The notes beneath the pieces were generated by a model. That model was not told the DNA's origin. It saw only the letters and a list, made by a program, of their open reading frames with translations, and did no database searches. The position numbers and the translations under genes are program-made. From Camelus dromedarius (Eukaryota), in NCBI RefSeq assembly GCF_036321535.1, contig NC_087437.1, positions 122,142,001-122,206,000 of the forward strand: a DNA stretch of 64,000 bases, written 5' to 3'. Positions within the stretch are counted from its first letter, which is position 1. Every line of letters begins with the position of its first letter. Of this stretch, positions 47,981 to 60,630 are shown piece by piece.

Positions 47981-48906
47981 GGAGGGAAAACAAACAGGCT
48001 CCGAGTGTCCTGATACTCTTTGTGTGGGTACATCTCCCAGCGCCCTCTCTGGGGGCACCTTTGCCAGTTGCTCATTTGGCCTCTGCCGGGCTGGGTAAAG
48101 GGGGAGATACTCAGATCATCTCAGTAGTGTTTGCTCAGCATGATCATGCTGAGCACTTCCTATACGTTCAATGAGAATCTGTCCAAAGGTAAGTGCAATG
48201 TAATTTTATAGTATTTTACAGTCCGACGGTAGTTTGGGGAGAGAATTTCAAGCAAAATAGTTATTTGAAAAGCAACATCTAACTCTCCCAACTAGGAGCC
48301 TTTTAAAAATATCTGGGCTAGAAATTCCGCGCCCGCCTTAAAAATGTGTTCAGGCTAGAAGCCAAGGGAGAGGCTGGCTTCCTCCCAGAAGCCTCACAGC
48401 CTCCGTGTAAGTGATAAGCCAGGCTGGACCCACAGAGGCTGTCTGAGGCTCTCCCCCCGCAAGTGAGCCAGGCCCAGACCGGGGCCGGGGGGAGGGCGGA
48501 CCCGGGACAGAGGCTGCCCAGGCGCTCTCTCATCTCTGCGGAGAGGTGGCAGGGTTTTAGTCACCTCGGGGCTGCTCTTGGACTGGCAGCCCTCAGTGGC
48601 ACAAAGAGTCCTCTCCCTTCCAGAACTGTCTGCAGCTCCTGCTGCCTTGGCCTCCTCACTGGGTGCGGCATCTTAAACTACACAGGGAAAGTCCCAGTAA
48701 ACCCTTCTCCCTTCATCTGGCTGTGAAGAAGTTCCGACGGGAACATACTTCAGTTTCAGGGCCCATCTGAGTTCTAACATGACTGTAAGCCGTGAACCAC
48801 TCAGAGACTTCATGCAAAAACGCCAAATAAAGAAAATTGCTGGACTTAAAAAAAAAAACAAACAACAACAACAAAAAAAACACCATTTGAGAAAAAGAGA
48901 CAAGAG

Positions 48907-49290
48907 GTGCTAGTTTGTGACTTACAAGAAGCAGATGTCAAGATGGGACTAGACACGCAGGAGGTGTCCTGGCGAAGCATCTGCGAAAGACAGAGTGGGA
49001 GGGAGGCGGGGAAGGCGTGGGGGCTGGCTCGGGCAGGCGGCGGAGGGTTCTGGAGCCCAGCTTGCCCCTTCATGGAGTCTGTGTGTTCGGGAACAATCCG
49101 CATTAGTGTTCCCACAAGCTGAGTCATCGGGCTGGATCGTCCCAGTGCCCGGCAGGGCCCGAGAAGGGCTGTCATCACTCCTGCTCCCACAATGTACTCC
49201 CCGTGGCCTCCTGCCTTGCCCTGCACGGGCCCACTTCTCAACTCAGGTCCAGGGAGCAGCTCCTTGGTGATTCCCATAGGCCTCTTTTCC
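48907..49290 (-). mobile_element. ERVL LTR (LTR16-like), adjacent to internal sequence
   Basis: gtgctagttt...agaagcagatgtcaagatgggactaga...gcagga resembles the antisense end of the LTR16 family, and it sits where the 3' LTR of the neighbouring pol remnant should be. Confidence 0.5.
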
Positions 49291-51600
49291 AGGGGAAAGC
49301 TTAGAGGAGGGGGTCTGTGGGCTGAACCACAGCCCCATCACCGCAGTAGGCCTCAGGGCCACAGCTGACCCTTGTCCTCTCCCTCCTCCACCATCCGTTC
49401 TGAATCCCCCACACGCGGGCAGCCAGCGCCTCGCAGGTCTGCATGGCTTCCTTGGGGGTGTGACTCAAACCTGCGTCCTGGAGACTGAGCACTTGGCATC
49501 AGACCTTCTCAGGCCCATTGTCCATGCATCCATTCACAATCAGAACCGGGGGCAGCGAGTGCCTAGAGGTACCCAAACAGTTCCTCCGGGTTTCACAAGA
49601 GCCCCTCGCAGCCTCCACGGTGTGAAAGTGGTTCTACCTTCCGACGGCCAGAGCCAGTTACCTGCCAGGCCGGCCGCTCCTGCTCTCATCTGCTGCACCC
49701 GGACACAAGGAGTCCGAAGTTCCCCGTTAGTCCAGTGGGGCCCTTTGGGGACAGGACCTTCAACCCTGTGGCGTCCAGAGTGGCAGGGACAGGAAGCCCT
49801 GAATCTCCCAGTGGGCCAGTGGGGGTGATGGTAGGGGAGCTACTTCTGCTGACAGCCTCTGCCCCTGAGCCCATATATTCTTCCTGGTGGGGAGGTAGCA
49901 CCACTTGAGGGTCTCTGATTTAGCACAGACGCCGCATCCTGAGAGGGGCACTCACCCTGTCAGGGCTGCCCCATCACTGGTGCCTCAGCTCCCCCACAGA
50001 AAAAGCATCTCTAGCCTCTGGGAGGTGCCGTGCAGGATGTGACGAGTGGGTCCCCTGGTCATGCGCTCACTCCCACACTTCTTCGCTGTGAAGTGGGCCC
50101 CCAGTTGGATACTATGCTAATGAGATTCCATGCCTGGGAACCAGGTGTTCTGCAGCCATGTGGGCTGAGGCCCTGTGGGCAGGGCAAACCTGTGCCTGGA
50201 GTATCCATTCACCAAGCTCTCCAGGAGGCACGTGGCCCAATGCAACTGGCTTGCTACCAAGTTTCCAGCTGGTCTCCTTGGGGTATAACAGGGCCCAGTG
50301 CCGCTCTCGGCGGCCGACAGCTCGGACACTCAGCGGTAGCTGGATCTTCCTTGGAAGTGGGAGTCCATATTGTCGGGTCCGTCTCGACTCTGGCTTCCGT
50401 CTCTGCCACTGGGCTCAGCCCTTCCAGGCGCGCATCAGGCCAGTTCTTGGGTAACTGATGATGAAAACTGGCCAGTGGCTACGGGCCATGTCACAGAGCC
50501 TCTTCCGCGGCGAATGTTCCCTGGTCGGTGTTAACAAGTGATACAAAGATCTTCGCATGCCGTGTCCGCTCCCAAGTGTCCACTCGCGTGCCTCCATCCC
50601 AGAATAACTCACTTCTGACCTTGCACTCTTTCCCTCTGGGGTCCTGACCAGACACCTGTGCCAGAGTGCACTGCCGCAGAATCTGGACGTATCCTCCTCT
50701 TGGCCACTTCTCCTTCTGCACCGAATGCAGGACCAGGTGCTTGAAGCACTGCCTACTGGGCAGCCTTCTTCTCTGCTGTCTCGAAAGATGCCCTTGCCAA
50801 TGGCTGGAATGCAGCCACCATCCGTTTCAGCTCACTTCCTTAGGTGTGAGCTAGGGAAGAGGCACTAGTGTGACAGCTGTGGTGATGTGGGCATCAGGGC
50901 TGCCCTCTCGTGCAGTCGGCTCATCCCCTCTTGTCCACCTTTTGAAGGACTGCTGCTGAAGCCACGCAGCTTTGTGACACGGTGAAGCCAAAAGACTCTG
51001 CCTCCAGATGGGTAGTTTTGGGTACGTGGTCCTTGTGGTCCCCTGGCCAAGCGCCCCATCCCATCACGGGCGTCCAGCATCTCTGCACATGAGCACGGCC
51101 CTGCTGTAGACGGATGGGCTTGATCAGAAGCCCGCGTTTCCATCCTGCCCGCGTGGCGTGAGGCCATCCATGTAACTGACCAGCACCATGCTCTGTGGAT
51201 GTTTGGGCGGTCCAGATCTCTTGGGACTACATTATGCCAGAGGACAGAAAGATGAACAGAACCTGAGGCAAAACTGTAAGTGAACGTTTCAGTCCATCCT
51301 GTATGATTACAGACTGGTTCTGGTAGTCTCCCTAATCGAGATAGAAAAGAACTCGTTCAGGTCTGTGGCCACATGCCACGTACCGCGGTCGTATTCATCC
51401 GTCCCACCAACAAGGCCTCGTCCAGAAGTGCAGCTGCATTTGAGTTACTACGTGGTTACTCTTGTGCAGATTAAGTCATTCCCCAGGAGCCGTCCAGTGA
51501 TAAGGTAGGGAGCCCACAGATTTCAGGTCTTTAATGGGGGCACTGCTCTCTGTCACCCCCACAGGAATGCAATAGTGTTTCTGATTTACTGTCTCAGTGT
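49290..51600 (-). mobile_element. Degenerate ERVL (class III; ERV3-16A3/ERVL-E-like) internal pol region
   Basis: Minus-strand remnants in the correct order: RT KLNQVVTPIAAA-like (~51430-51465), HNLV.RDLD...LVHYIDD-like (~51165-51238), integrase DTYSGYGFA-like (~50182-50210) and AH..GIHW..H-like (~50030-50070), then GNFGLL (~49706-49724). Many frameshifts. Confidence 0.8.
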
Positions 51601-52726
51601 TGTGGGGACCTGAGGGAATCCTTCACTCACAGAAGTGTGCCTAAAGAAATGATGAAGGAAGCTCTTTAGAAAGAAGGAAAATTAAACCAGATGGAAACTC
51701 ACATCCACAATAAAAATTAAGGAGTACTGTGGGTAAATAAAAAAGAATTTTTCTCATTTTAAAATTACTTTGTAAGATAATTAACTGTTTAAAACAAAAA
51801 TAATACCAATGTACTTTGGGGTTTATGACATATGTACATGTAAAACGTATAACAGCACTAGCTCAAAGGGTAAGAGAAGGACTGGTAAGATCACAGTTGT
51901 AAATTTATTACAATGTTTGTAACATGAGATCATTGAAAAAAGTAAAAGATGCTTACTTCAAACCATAGCACAACCATAGGGGAAAAACCAAAGGCACAGC
52001 CAGTGAACAAATAGAGGAGATAAAGTAGAATATTAAATCCTCAATCAAAAATAAAGCAGGATAAGAAGGGGGAAAAAGAAGAAAGAATAGATGGAGCAAA
52101 TTTTAAAAATTAGAAAAGTGATTGATTTAATCTCAGGTATATCAATAATTTCATTAGATAGAAATAATCTAGACTCTCTTACTAAAAGGCAGAAATACCA
52201 GGGGGCACAAAAATGCAAGCTACAACAGTATTGAAAGAGACACTTCAAATTCAAAGACACAAATAGGTCAAAGTAGAAGGATAAAAAAAGATGTGCCATG
52301 CAAACCCTAATCATAGGAAAACTGGAGATGCTATATTAAATCGGACAAAGTAGACTCAGGACAAACAATATTATGAGGAATAAGGTGTTACTTAATCATA
52401 AAATTGCTATTTCATCAAAAAGAGATAATCAGAAATTGGTATTCATCTAATAAAAAAATCTTCAAAAAACGTGAACTAAAAACTGGCGGAATTGAAAAGA
52501 GAAATGGCCAAGTCCACAGTTACATTGGAGAGTCCAACACCCCCTCAGTAGTTGATAGAACACGTAGGGAAAAAACAGACCATATGCTGGGTCATCAAAT
52601 GAGTCTGAACAAGTTTAAAAAGAGCAAAATCATGCAGAGTGTTTTCTCTGGCCACAGTGGACTAAATCCAAATGGCAGTAACAAAAAATATCTATAAATC
52701 CTCAAATATCCTGAAATTAAACAATT

Positions 52727-52904
52727 TCTCTGTCACCCCCACGGGAATGCGATAGTGTTTCTGATTTAGTGTCTCACTGGTGTGGGGACCTGAGGGAATC
52801 CTTCACTCACAGAAGTGTGCCTAAAGAAATGATGAAGGGAGCTCTTTAGAAAGAAGGAAAATTAAACCAGATGGAAACTCACATCCACAATAAAAAGTAA
52901 GGAG
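52727..52904 (+). repeat. 178-bp near-identical direct copy of 51547-51724
   Basis: Ungapped alignment at offset 1180, about 7 substitutions by eye. Confidence 0.95.
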
Positions 52905-54053
52905 AGATCTTCAAAGAGGAGATCAAAAGCAAATTAGAAAATATTTTGTGTTGAATGCAAATTAAACCCCCAAATATAAAAATATGGTAGAGCTAAGTAA
53001 TGCTTAGAGAAAAATATATAACTTCATATGCTTATATTAGAAAAGAAAAAAGTCTAAAATCAAAGATCTAGGTTTCCTCCTTAAAAAGCTAGAAAAAGAA
53101 AATTTAAACCAAAAATAAGTTGAAAGAAGAAAATTAAAAAGAAAAGAGTAAATATCAATGAAATTGAAAGAATATCAAAAAATAGTGAAAAATCAATGAA
53201 ACCAAAGCTGGTTTAATGAAAATATCAATGAAATTGATAAATATCCAGATCAGCTGGTCAAAAAAACCCAAACAAAACATGAATTGCCAATATCAGGAAT
53301 AAAACAGGAGTCCAGCACTACAGATCTTGCAGATGTTAAAAGGTTAAGGGACTATTATTATAAAGCCCTTTATTCCCCACAAAGTTGACAACTTGAAAGA
53401 AATTGAAAAATTCACTGAAAGACACAAATTACCAAACTGAATCAAGGGGGAAAAATAGAAAATCTTCTGCAGACCAGGATCCCTCATGAGCACAGATGAA
53501 AAAGTCCTTAACAACATCAAGTCCAGCACATATTTTTAAAAGTGCATCATGAGCAAATGGAGTATTTCCCATAAATGCTAGATTCATTTAATGTTCAAAA
53601 ATCAAACAATGTGATTTACCATATTAATAGAATAATTTTTAAAGAACAATCTGATCATCTCAATAAATGGAGAAAAAGCATTGCTGAAATTCAACAGTTT
53701 TTGTTTGTAATAAAACTTACAAATCAGGAATAGTAGGAAATTCTTCATCCTAATAAAGGCTATTCACAAAAACCTCATAGATAATTTCAGTGTAATGTGA
53801 AAGGCTGAACGCCTTCCTCGTAAGATAAGGGACAAGGCAAAAATGAACTTGCTATATTAACATCAGATTCGCCATTCCTATTCAACACTGTATTCAAAGG
53901 CCTAGCCTCGCCTAAACCTGGCCTTTTTTCAAGAAAAGAAATAAAAGGCATTCAGATCGGAAAGAAAGAAGTACAATTGTCTTTATGCACAGACAATATA
54001 ATTGCATACCTGAAAAATCTACTAAAGAAATCTATTAAAAAGCCACTAGAATT

Positions 54054-54278
54054 AATTCGGGAGTTTGCCACTGTTATATGTTAGCCACTATATATAAAAA
54101 TGGATTTTTAAAAAAAATTCTTTCTTCTGTATAGCACAGGGAACTAGTTCAATATCTTGTTAATAACCTTTAATGAAACAAATATAAAAACAAATATATG
54201 CATGTATATGCGTGACTGGGACACTGTGCTGTACACCAGAAATTGACACATTGCAATTGACTGTACTTCAATTTTTAA
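54054..54278 (+). mobile_element. Young camelid-type L1 3' end nested in an older L1, with 17-bp TSD
   Basis: TSD aaaaagc(c/t)actagaatt at 54037-54053 and 54279-54295. Confidence 0.92.
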
Positions 54279-56399
54279 AAAAAGCTACTAGAATTGACAG
54301 ATGAACTTAACAAAGTCACAGAATACAAGATCAATAAACGCCTTCCCAAAATTAATTGTATTTCTACATTCTGGCAAAGAACAATCGGAAGTTGTAATTT
54401 TTAAATGTACTTTATGATCGCATCAACAACAACGAAAAGCAAAAGAGAAAAATGCTGCAGAATTTAACAGAGTTAGTTTGTACTCCTTAAACTGCAGAAC
54501 ACTGCTGAGAGAAACTGAAGACCTAAATAAATGCAGAGTTACACCATGTTCATGAATTTAAAAATATAATTGTGTTAAAAATGAAACTCCAAAATGACCT
54601 ACAAATCCAAAGCAATTTAAATCAGAATCCCAGCATGTTTTTTGAAGAAATCAACAATCTGGTTCAAAAAATGTACATAGAAGTGCAAAGGACCTTGAAG
54701 GGAAAAAACAATCTTAAAAAATAACAAAGTTGGAAGACTACCCGATCTGATTTAAAAATTCACTGAAAAGTTGCAACAACTGGGAGACAGTAGTGTTGAG
54801 ATACTGTTTATCCATGAAAAAGTAAAATATAGAGTCTAAGAATAGACCCACTCATACACGATCAAATGGTTTTTGACCAAAATGTCGAGCTAATTCGATA
54901 GGGGAAGAATAAGCCTTCAACAAACGGTAGTGGAGCAGCTTTCAGCACCATGGAAGTGAGAGATGTCTTGACCCACACCTCTCACACCAGACACAAAAAG
55001 TAACTCAGAATGCACCCTTAACCTAAATGCAAAGGTAAAACTACAAACCTTCTTGAAGAAAAGGTAGGAAAAAGTATTTGGCAACCTTGTGCGAGGCAAC
55101 AGTTTCTCAAATAAGACACAAAAGATGAACGATAAAATATGACAATTGTTACATTGGACTATATCAAAATAAAAATATTTTGCTCTTCCAAAGGCACCAT
55201 TAGAGAAAAAAGAAAGAAAAAAAAAACAAGGCGAAGCCTGGAAGTATCTGCCAGGCACGTGTCTGACGAAGGACGTGTGTCCCAGATACATAAAATACTT
55301 TTACAACTCAGTAACAGGAAGACAAATATGCCAATACAACATGAGTAAGTGTTTGAACAGACACTTTTCCAAAGAACATGTACAAACGATCAGTAAGTCC
55401 CTTAAAAGATGCTCAGCACCATCTGTCATTTAGGAAACGCAGATTAAGCCTCAGTAAGATACCACCACACACTCACATCCTAAAATTTGAAAGACTGACA
55501 ATGTTACATGTTGGCAAAGACGCGGAATGACTAGAAGGGATACAAAGAGGTACAACTATTTGGGGAGACTTGTAGTTTCTTACCAAGCAAAACATATGCT
55601 CATCCATGGCCTGACAATTGCACTCTGAGATCTTTACCCAAGAACAATGAAAATATGCTGACACAAATATTTATATATTGCTTAGAGCAGTTTTATTTGC
55701 AATAGCCAAAAACATGAAACAAAGTGTCCACCAGCAGGAGACTAGATAAACTAATTGTGGTCCATCCATACAATGGGTATTTGCAGCAACAGAAAGAAAC
55801 CAACCACTGATTGACACAACAGCATGGATGAAGCTCAGAAGGTTTATGCTGAGTGAAGAAAGATCACTAAAATAGACCATATGATACTCAAGAAAAGGTC
55901 ACTCCAACTATAGTGACAGGAAATTAATTAGCATTTGTCTGAGGGTGGGAAGGAAATTCAACACAGAAGGGCACAGCTGGGGCAATGGGAATGTTCTAAA
56001 GCTTGATTGGGATGCTGGTTACAAAGATGTGTACATTTGTCAAAACTCATCAAACCGTACACTTAAAATTGGTGCAATTTAGAGAATGTAAGTTATACCT
56101 CAATAAATTTTATTTTTTTAAGTCATAGACTTTTCTTCTGCTAGTATGAAAAATTCAGTTCCCTGAATAACACTGAACACAACTGAAAAACCGGGGTCAA
56201 AAAAAAAATTGTAAGCCTGGTGTACATTGTAAGCCATGCAATTGTAATGCATGGCTGATTGGCTAGAAAATACTCTTCAAAACCCAAAATAAAATATGAT
56301 ATCCAGTGAGGATATATCAAGAAACTTGGTGAATCTTTTATTATCAATGGAAATTTTCAAACAAGTAATTTAAATTAAAATTCCAAGCACGGCCCCCAG

Positions 56400-56960
56400 T
56401 TGGTAGCACTCCACACCTAGATACCTCAGTCAAAGCACGGAACACCAAATACAAAGAGATGATCGTCCAAGAAACGCGCGCGAGAGGACAGATCACTTAC
56501 AAAGGAATGGTGTTTAGCCTGACAGCCAACTTCTCAAAGGCAACCACAGAATCCAAGTTCAGGGGACTAAAGCCTTCCCCGTCCTGAGTGGAAAGGCCTG
56601 CTGACCTGGAACTCCCAACCAAGGGCCGTCTCTGCTGAGAATGAGGACTGAGCACAGCTTTCTAGACTAACAAAAATCAATAGCATTTACTACCAACACA
56701 GTCTTCCCAAGGGAAGTGTTAAAGGATGTGCTCCAGGAAGCAGAAAATGATACAAACAGAAAGTCTGAGATACAAGAAGGAATTGTGAGCAAAGCTGTGG
56801 GAGCGTCTGCACAGACAACGTTTATAATGCGGGATTTTTGCAGTTAGAAAGTGAAAAACCAAAGTGCTGGACAAAAGTAACATAAGATGGGAGGGAGCTC
56901 CTGGAGTTAAAGAACTCTACCTTTCCTGTTTGTTTGAAACAGTGGGTAAAGATACTGACT
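56400..56960 (+). mobile_element. Ancient L1 ORF1 C-terminal remnant
   Basis: cagatcacttacaaaggaatg...tgacagccaacttctca, aaaggatgtgctccaggaagcagaaaatga. Confidence 0.6.
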
Positions 56961-57580
56961 CTGAGTCAGGTATCTAGAATAAGGTTCCTTTTTCAAAACT
57001 GTGCACTAAACGTGCCAAGCTGGTGATTTTGGATTGGAGATTAGTCCTTGCATGGCTCTTAGAGTGAATGAAACCCTCCACCAGGTCTCGGGGCCCAGAG
57101 AACCCTTGAAAACTGCCCCCAGTGGGTCACCTACATTGGAGGGCAGCAGCATGTTGCTTCGTGCTGAGGGCTCGTGGACCATCTCAAGGCAGAGCCGGAG
57201 GGCCTCTGGAGGGGTGTGTCTGACAGGCGCACACTGGTGACCAGGCATCTGTAGAGTGCCCGGTACGTGGCCAGCATTCATGAAAGACTTCCAAGGTAAG
57301 CCTTCCATCATGAAAATGCCATCCCTTTTCCCGCAGAGGTACGGACAGAATCTCAGGTAGGAGGGTCCGATTTGCCCCCCAGGACACATGTTAATTTCCT
57401 GTCCGCATCTCGCTGTCCGAGTAAAACCAGAAAGCCTCCAGGCAGACTGTCCCCTCAGCCGTTAACGTGTTCACTCATTTTGCATAATCCCAAATCCGAC
57501 AGTCATCTTCCCATTTCGCAGGGCTCACTGGCAATGCGGACCAGATGGTGGGCGGTGGGCGCGCACCTCCTGCTTACAGG

Positions 57581-57820
57581 CGTGGGCTGGATTGCGCCCC
57601 TGCAGACTTTGTGCATGGAAGCCCCAACCTCCAGCCCCTCAGAATGCGACCTTTGGGGGGATATGGTTTTCAAGAGATAATTAGGTTAAAATGAGGTTGT
57701 CAGGGTGAGCCCTAATCCGATACGACAGGCCGCCTTGTAAGGAGGGAAATTAGGGTGCAGGCGCTCAGACAGAAGACCATGCAAAGGCAGAGAGGAGACA
57801 GGCAGTCATCTATAAGCCGC
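57581..57820 (+). mobile_element. MLT1B/C LTR 5' part
   Basis: cctcagaatgcgacctt...taattaggttaaaatgagg...gccctaatccgatacgac...gaagaccatg. Confidence 0.82.
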
Positions 57821-57943
57821 GGGGTGTTTCCTGGTCCCGGGAGTGTCCCTGCCCCGTGGAGCACCCCTGCTGATGCAGCCAGCACTGCTACAGGGACATC
57901 TGCACACGTGAGGGTTCCGGGGTCCAGGCATGAGGTGACTCGC

Positions 57944-58482
57944 TGTGTGGTTTAACTCTAACGAGGCTGAGGGGTGCCCAGGAAGCAGATAAAACATTCT
58001 TTGTGGGTGTGTCGGTGAGAGTGTCCCCGGAGCAGATTAGCACTTGAAGCAGTAGACTAAGATCACCGTCACCAACGCAGAAGGACATTATCCGAGCAGA
58101 GCCCGACAGAGCGGAGAGGAAGAAGAAGGAATTTGCCCTCGCTGCCAGAACCGAGACGTGCACCTTCTCCTGCCCTTGGACACCGGTGCTCCTGGCTCTC
58201 AGGCCCCTGGGCTGGGGCTGAATTACACCACCAGCTTCTCTGGGTCCCAGCTTGCAGAGGGCAGCCTGGGGTCTTCTTGGCCTCCATAACCACGTGGGCT
58301 GATTCCTTCGGTAACCCTCCTCTTACGTATCTCTGTAGATAGACAAATCTATATGAGGTACACTTCTGTAGAGGATCCTGGAGACCCACAGGCTGTACAC
58401 AGGTGCGTCCGTGGACCTGCAGATGTTCATGTTTACAGAGCTATGCACCCTACGGCCCTGTTTCTCTGGGAACCCTGACCAG
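57944..58482 (+). mobile_element. MLT2 (ERVL) solo LTR
   Basis: aaacattctttgtgggtgtgtcggtgagagtgt...agattagcacttgaa...gggtcccagcttgcaga...gcctccataaccacgtg...ctgtttctctgggaaccctgac. Confidence 0.85.
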
Positions 58483-59629
58483 TGGTCCCACAGCCTGGAG
58501 GTGCAGAGCCGGTAACGGGCCCAGGCCCTCGGCATCCTTCCGGACCCTCCCAGTCCCACAACCTGCACCCTATGCCTTCCTTGAGGACTCAGCCTGGCAG
58601 CCGCCACCCCCGCCCTACACAGCCACAGGCTGCCGGGGTCAGGTTCCAGTGGTTCCTCTGTGAGGCTGGCTCCCTGGTGGATGCACTGCCAGCCCCCTAG
58701 ACTCCAGCCAACACAGAAAGGAGGGGAAAGGACCTGTTTTGACTTTCGGGTTTTGAAACCTCAGTCCCTGAGGGGGCTAGAAGGACCTCAGGCAGAGTAG
58801 AAGATTCCGGAAAGATCCTGCTGTCGGGCGGAGCCTGGGGAAGGTGACCTTGGCAGGGGAGTGACGAGAGCCACCCACTTCCACACGGCTGAGCTGGAGT
58901 ACAGGCGCCACAGAAGGGCCACACGCCCACAGCCTCCCGGATTCCCGCACCTGGCTCGGGGTCAGAGCCAGAGAGGTGCCTGCGGTCCCTGAGAGGCCCC
59001 ACGGAGAAAGCCAGGTGGCCTCTGGGGCCTGGGGGCTGGGCTCCAGCCCCCGCCACCCCTCTGCCCCCAGGGGCCTTCCGGGAGTCTCTGCAGAGGGTCA
59101 GAGGATTCTCGATGGTGGAGATTGGCGGCCGTGGTCCCTGAGAAGCAGCCCTCGGAGCCACAGCCCTGTGCTCGGGAGGGACCCCCGCCAACTCATCAAC
59201 AAGGATTCAGGCCAAGTGTCCCCGATGTGGGGTCCGACGTGCTGAAGCAGCTGCTGTGGAGGGGACCCGGGGCGGGGCGCCGCACTGCCTGACCCTGGCC
59301 CTCGCAGTGGCCGGGGCGGATGAGGACGCAGGCCCCCGCGGGCCCGAGGGGCCCGGGCGGCTGCCCAGAGCTGCGCCAGGCCCGTAATTGGAAACAGACG
59401 AGCGTGTGACTCACAGGGAGCGGCGCCACCCACCCCCCAGCTCACATGGGCCTCTTCGCGGGGCTCGCTTCCGGTGAGGCCCCGCCTGCTCTGGCTGATG
59501 TGTGTCGGCCACACAGCTGGTCTCGCCCAGCAGGGCTGTTCTAGAAGGCTCTGCGTCTCCCACGCACATCTGCCCCGCCTCCGGGAGGGAGGCACAACTC
59601 TGCATCCCTCTGAGAGCAGCTGGCCAGAC

Positions 59630-60250
59630 TCCACACACGCACACACACGTCCCTTACACACACGCGCACACACGTCCCTTACACACATCCCTTACACACG
59701 CGCACACACACATCCCTCACACACACATGTCCCTCACACACACACACATGTCCCTCCCACACGCCCCCCCCACATGCACACACGTCCCTTACACACATGC
59801 ACACACGTCCCCCACACACATGCACACACGTCCCCCTCACACACACACACATGTCCCTCCCACACGCACACACATGTCCCCCAGACACGCACACACGTTC
59901 CCCCACACACACACGTCTCTTACATACAAGCACACAAACACCTGTATGTGCACTTAGATGCATGCACAAGACGCACAGGCATTTTCACTTACATGCATGC
60001 ACACGCATATAAACATACACATGCACGTGCATGCACACAGGTGTATGTATATGTACACACACAGACTTTCACGTACACATATACATGCATGCATAAAGAC
60101 ACACATGCACATAACACAAACATGCACGCGTGTGCACACATGTGTAGCTACAAACACATGCCTGTGTGTGCAGACACATGCACACATGTGTGCACGCACA
60201 TATATACTATGCATACATGCATGCACGCATGTATACTTGCACACAGCACA
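59630..60250. repeat. CA-based compound simple repeat
   Basis: 59630-59925 is a quasi-periodic cacacgtccc(t)tacaca unit; 59925-60250 is mixed CA/TG/TA alternation. Confidence 0.95.
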
Positions 60251-60630
60251 CACTACCGGCTCCTCACATCTGCAGGGCCCTGGGTCAATGAAGTGACCAC
60301 TCAGGACTCCCAAGGCCCTGTCCCGGGCCCCTCTCCAGCGTGTGAGCACCATGGAGTGTGTCAGGGGAGACCTGTGGGTTGTGTGTGCACCACGGGGTGT
60401 GTCGGGTGTGCACTGTGGGGAGCACCAGGGAATGCACCCCCGACACAGGACAGGTGCCACCTGCTCCCAGACTCACACCATCTCCTGAGTGCCTGCTGTG
60501 CCCCGTCCTGGGTTACCCGCTCCTGTTCCCTGGAGGATGGTCAGGATGAACTTCCCTGGCCACACCCACGTGGCCTCCGGCTTCCTGGCTCGAGAACCCA
60601 CTACCAGGTGACTGGGGAGTGGCCATGAGC

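Larger units (their letters stand above)
51620..56115 (+). mobile_element. Long degenerate L1M (MC/MD-like): ORF1 end, ORF2 with deletions, 3' UTR
   Basis: gagacacttcaaattcaaagacacaaatagg, atcaatgaaaccaaagctggttt, gatcatctcaataaatggagaaaaagcatt, ccttcaacaaacggt; ends gttatacctcaataaa. Confidence 0.92.

Noticed and set aside
51620..56115. Active full-length L1
   Set aside because: No 5' UTR, multiple deletions, stops and nested insertions.
59474..60628. 384-aa His/Thr-rich ORF
   Set aside because: Translation of a CA simple repeat.
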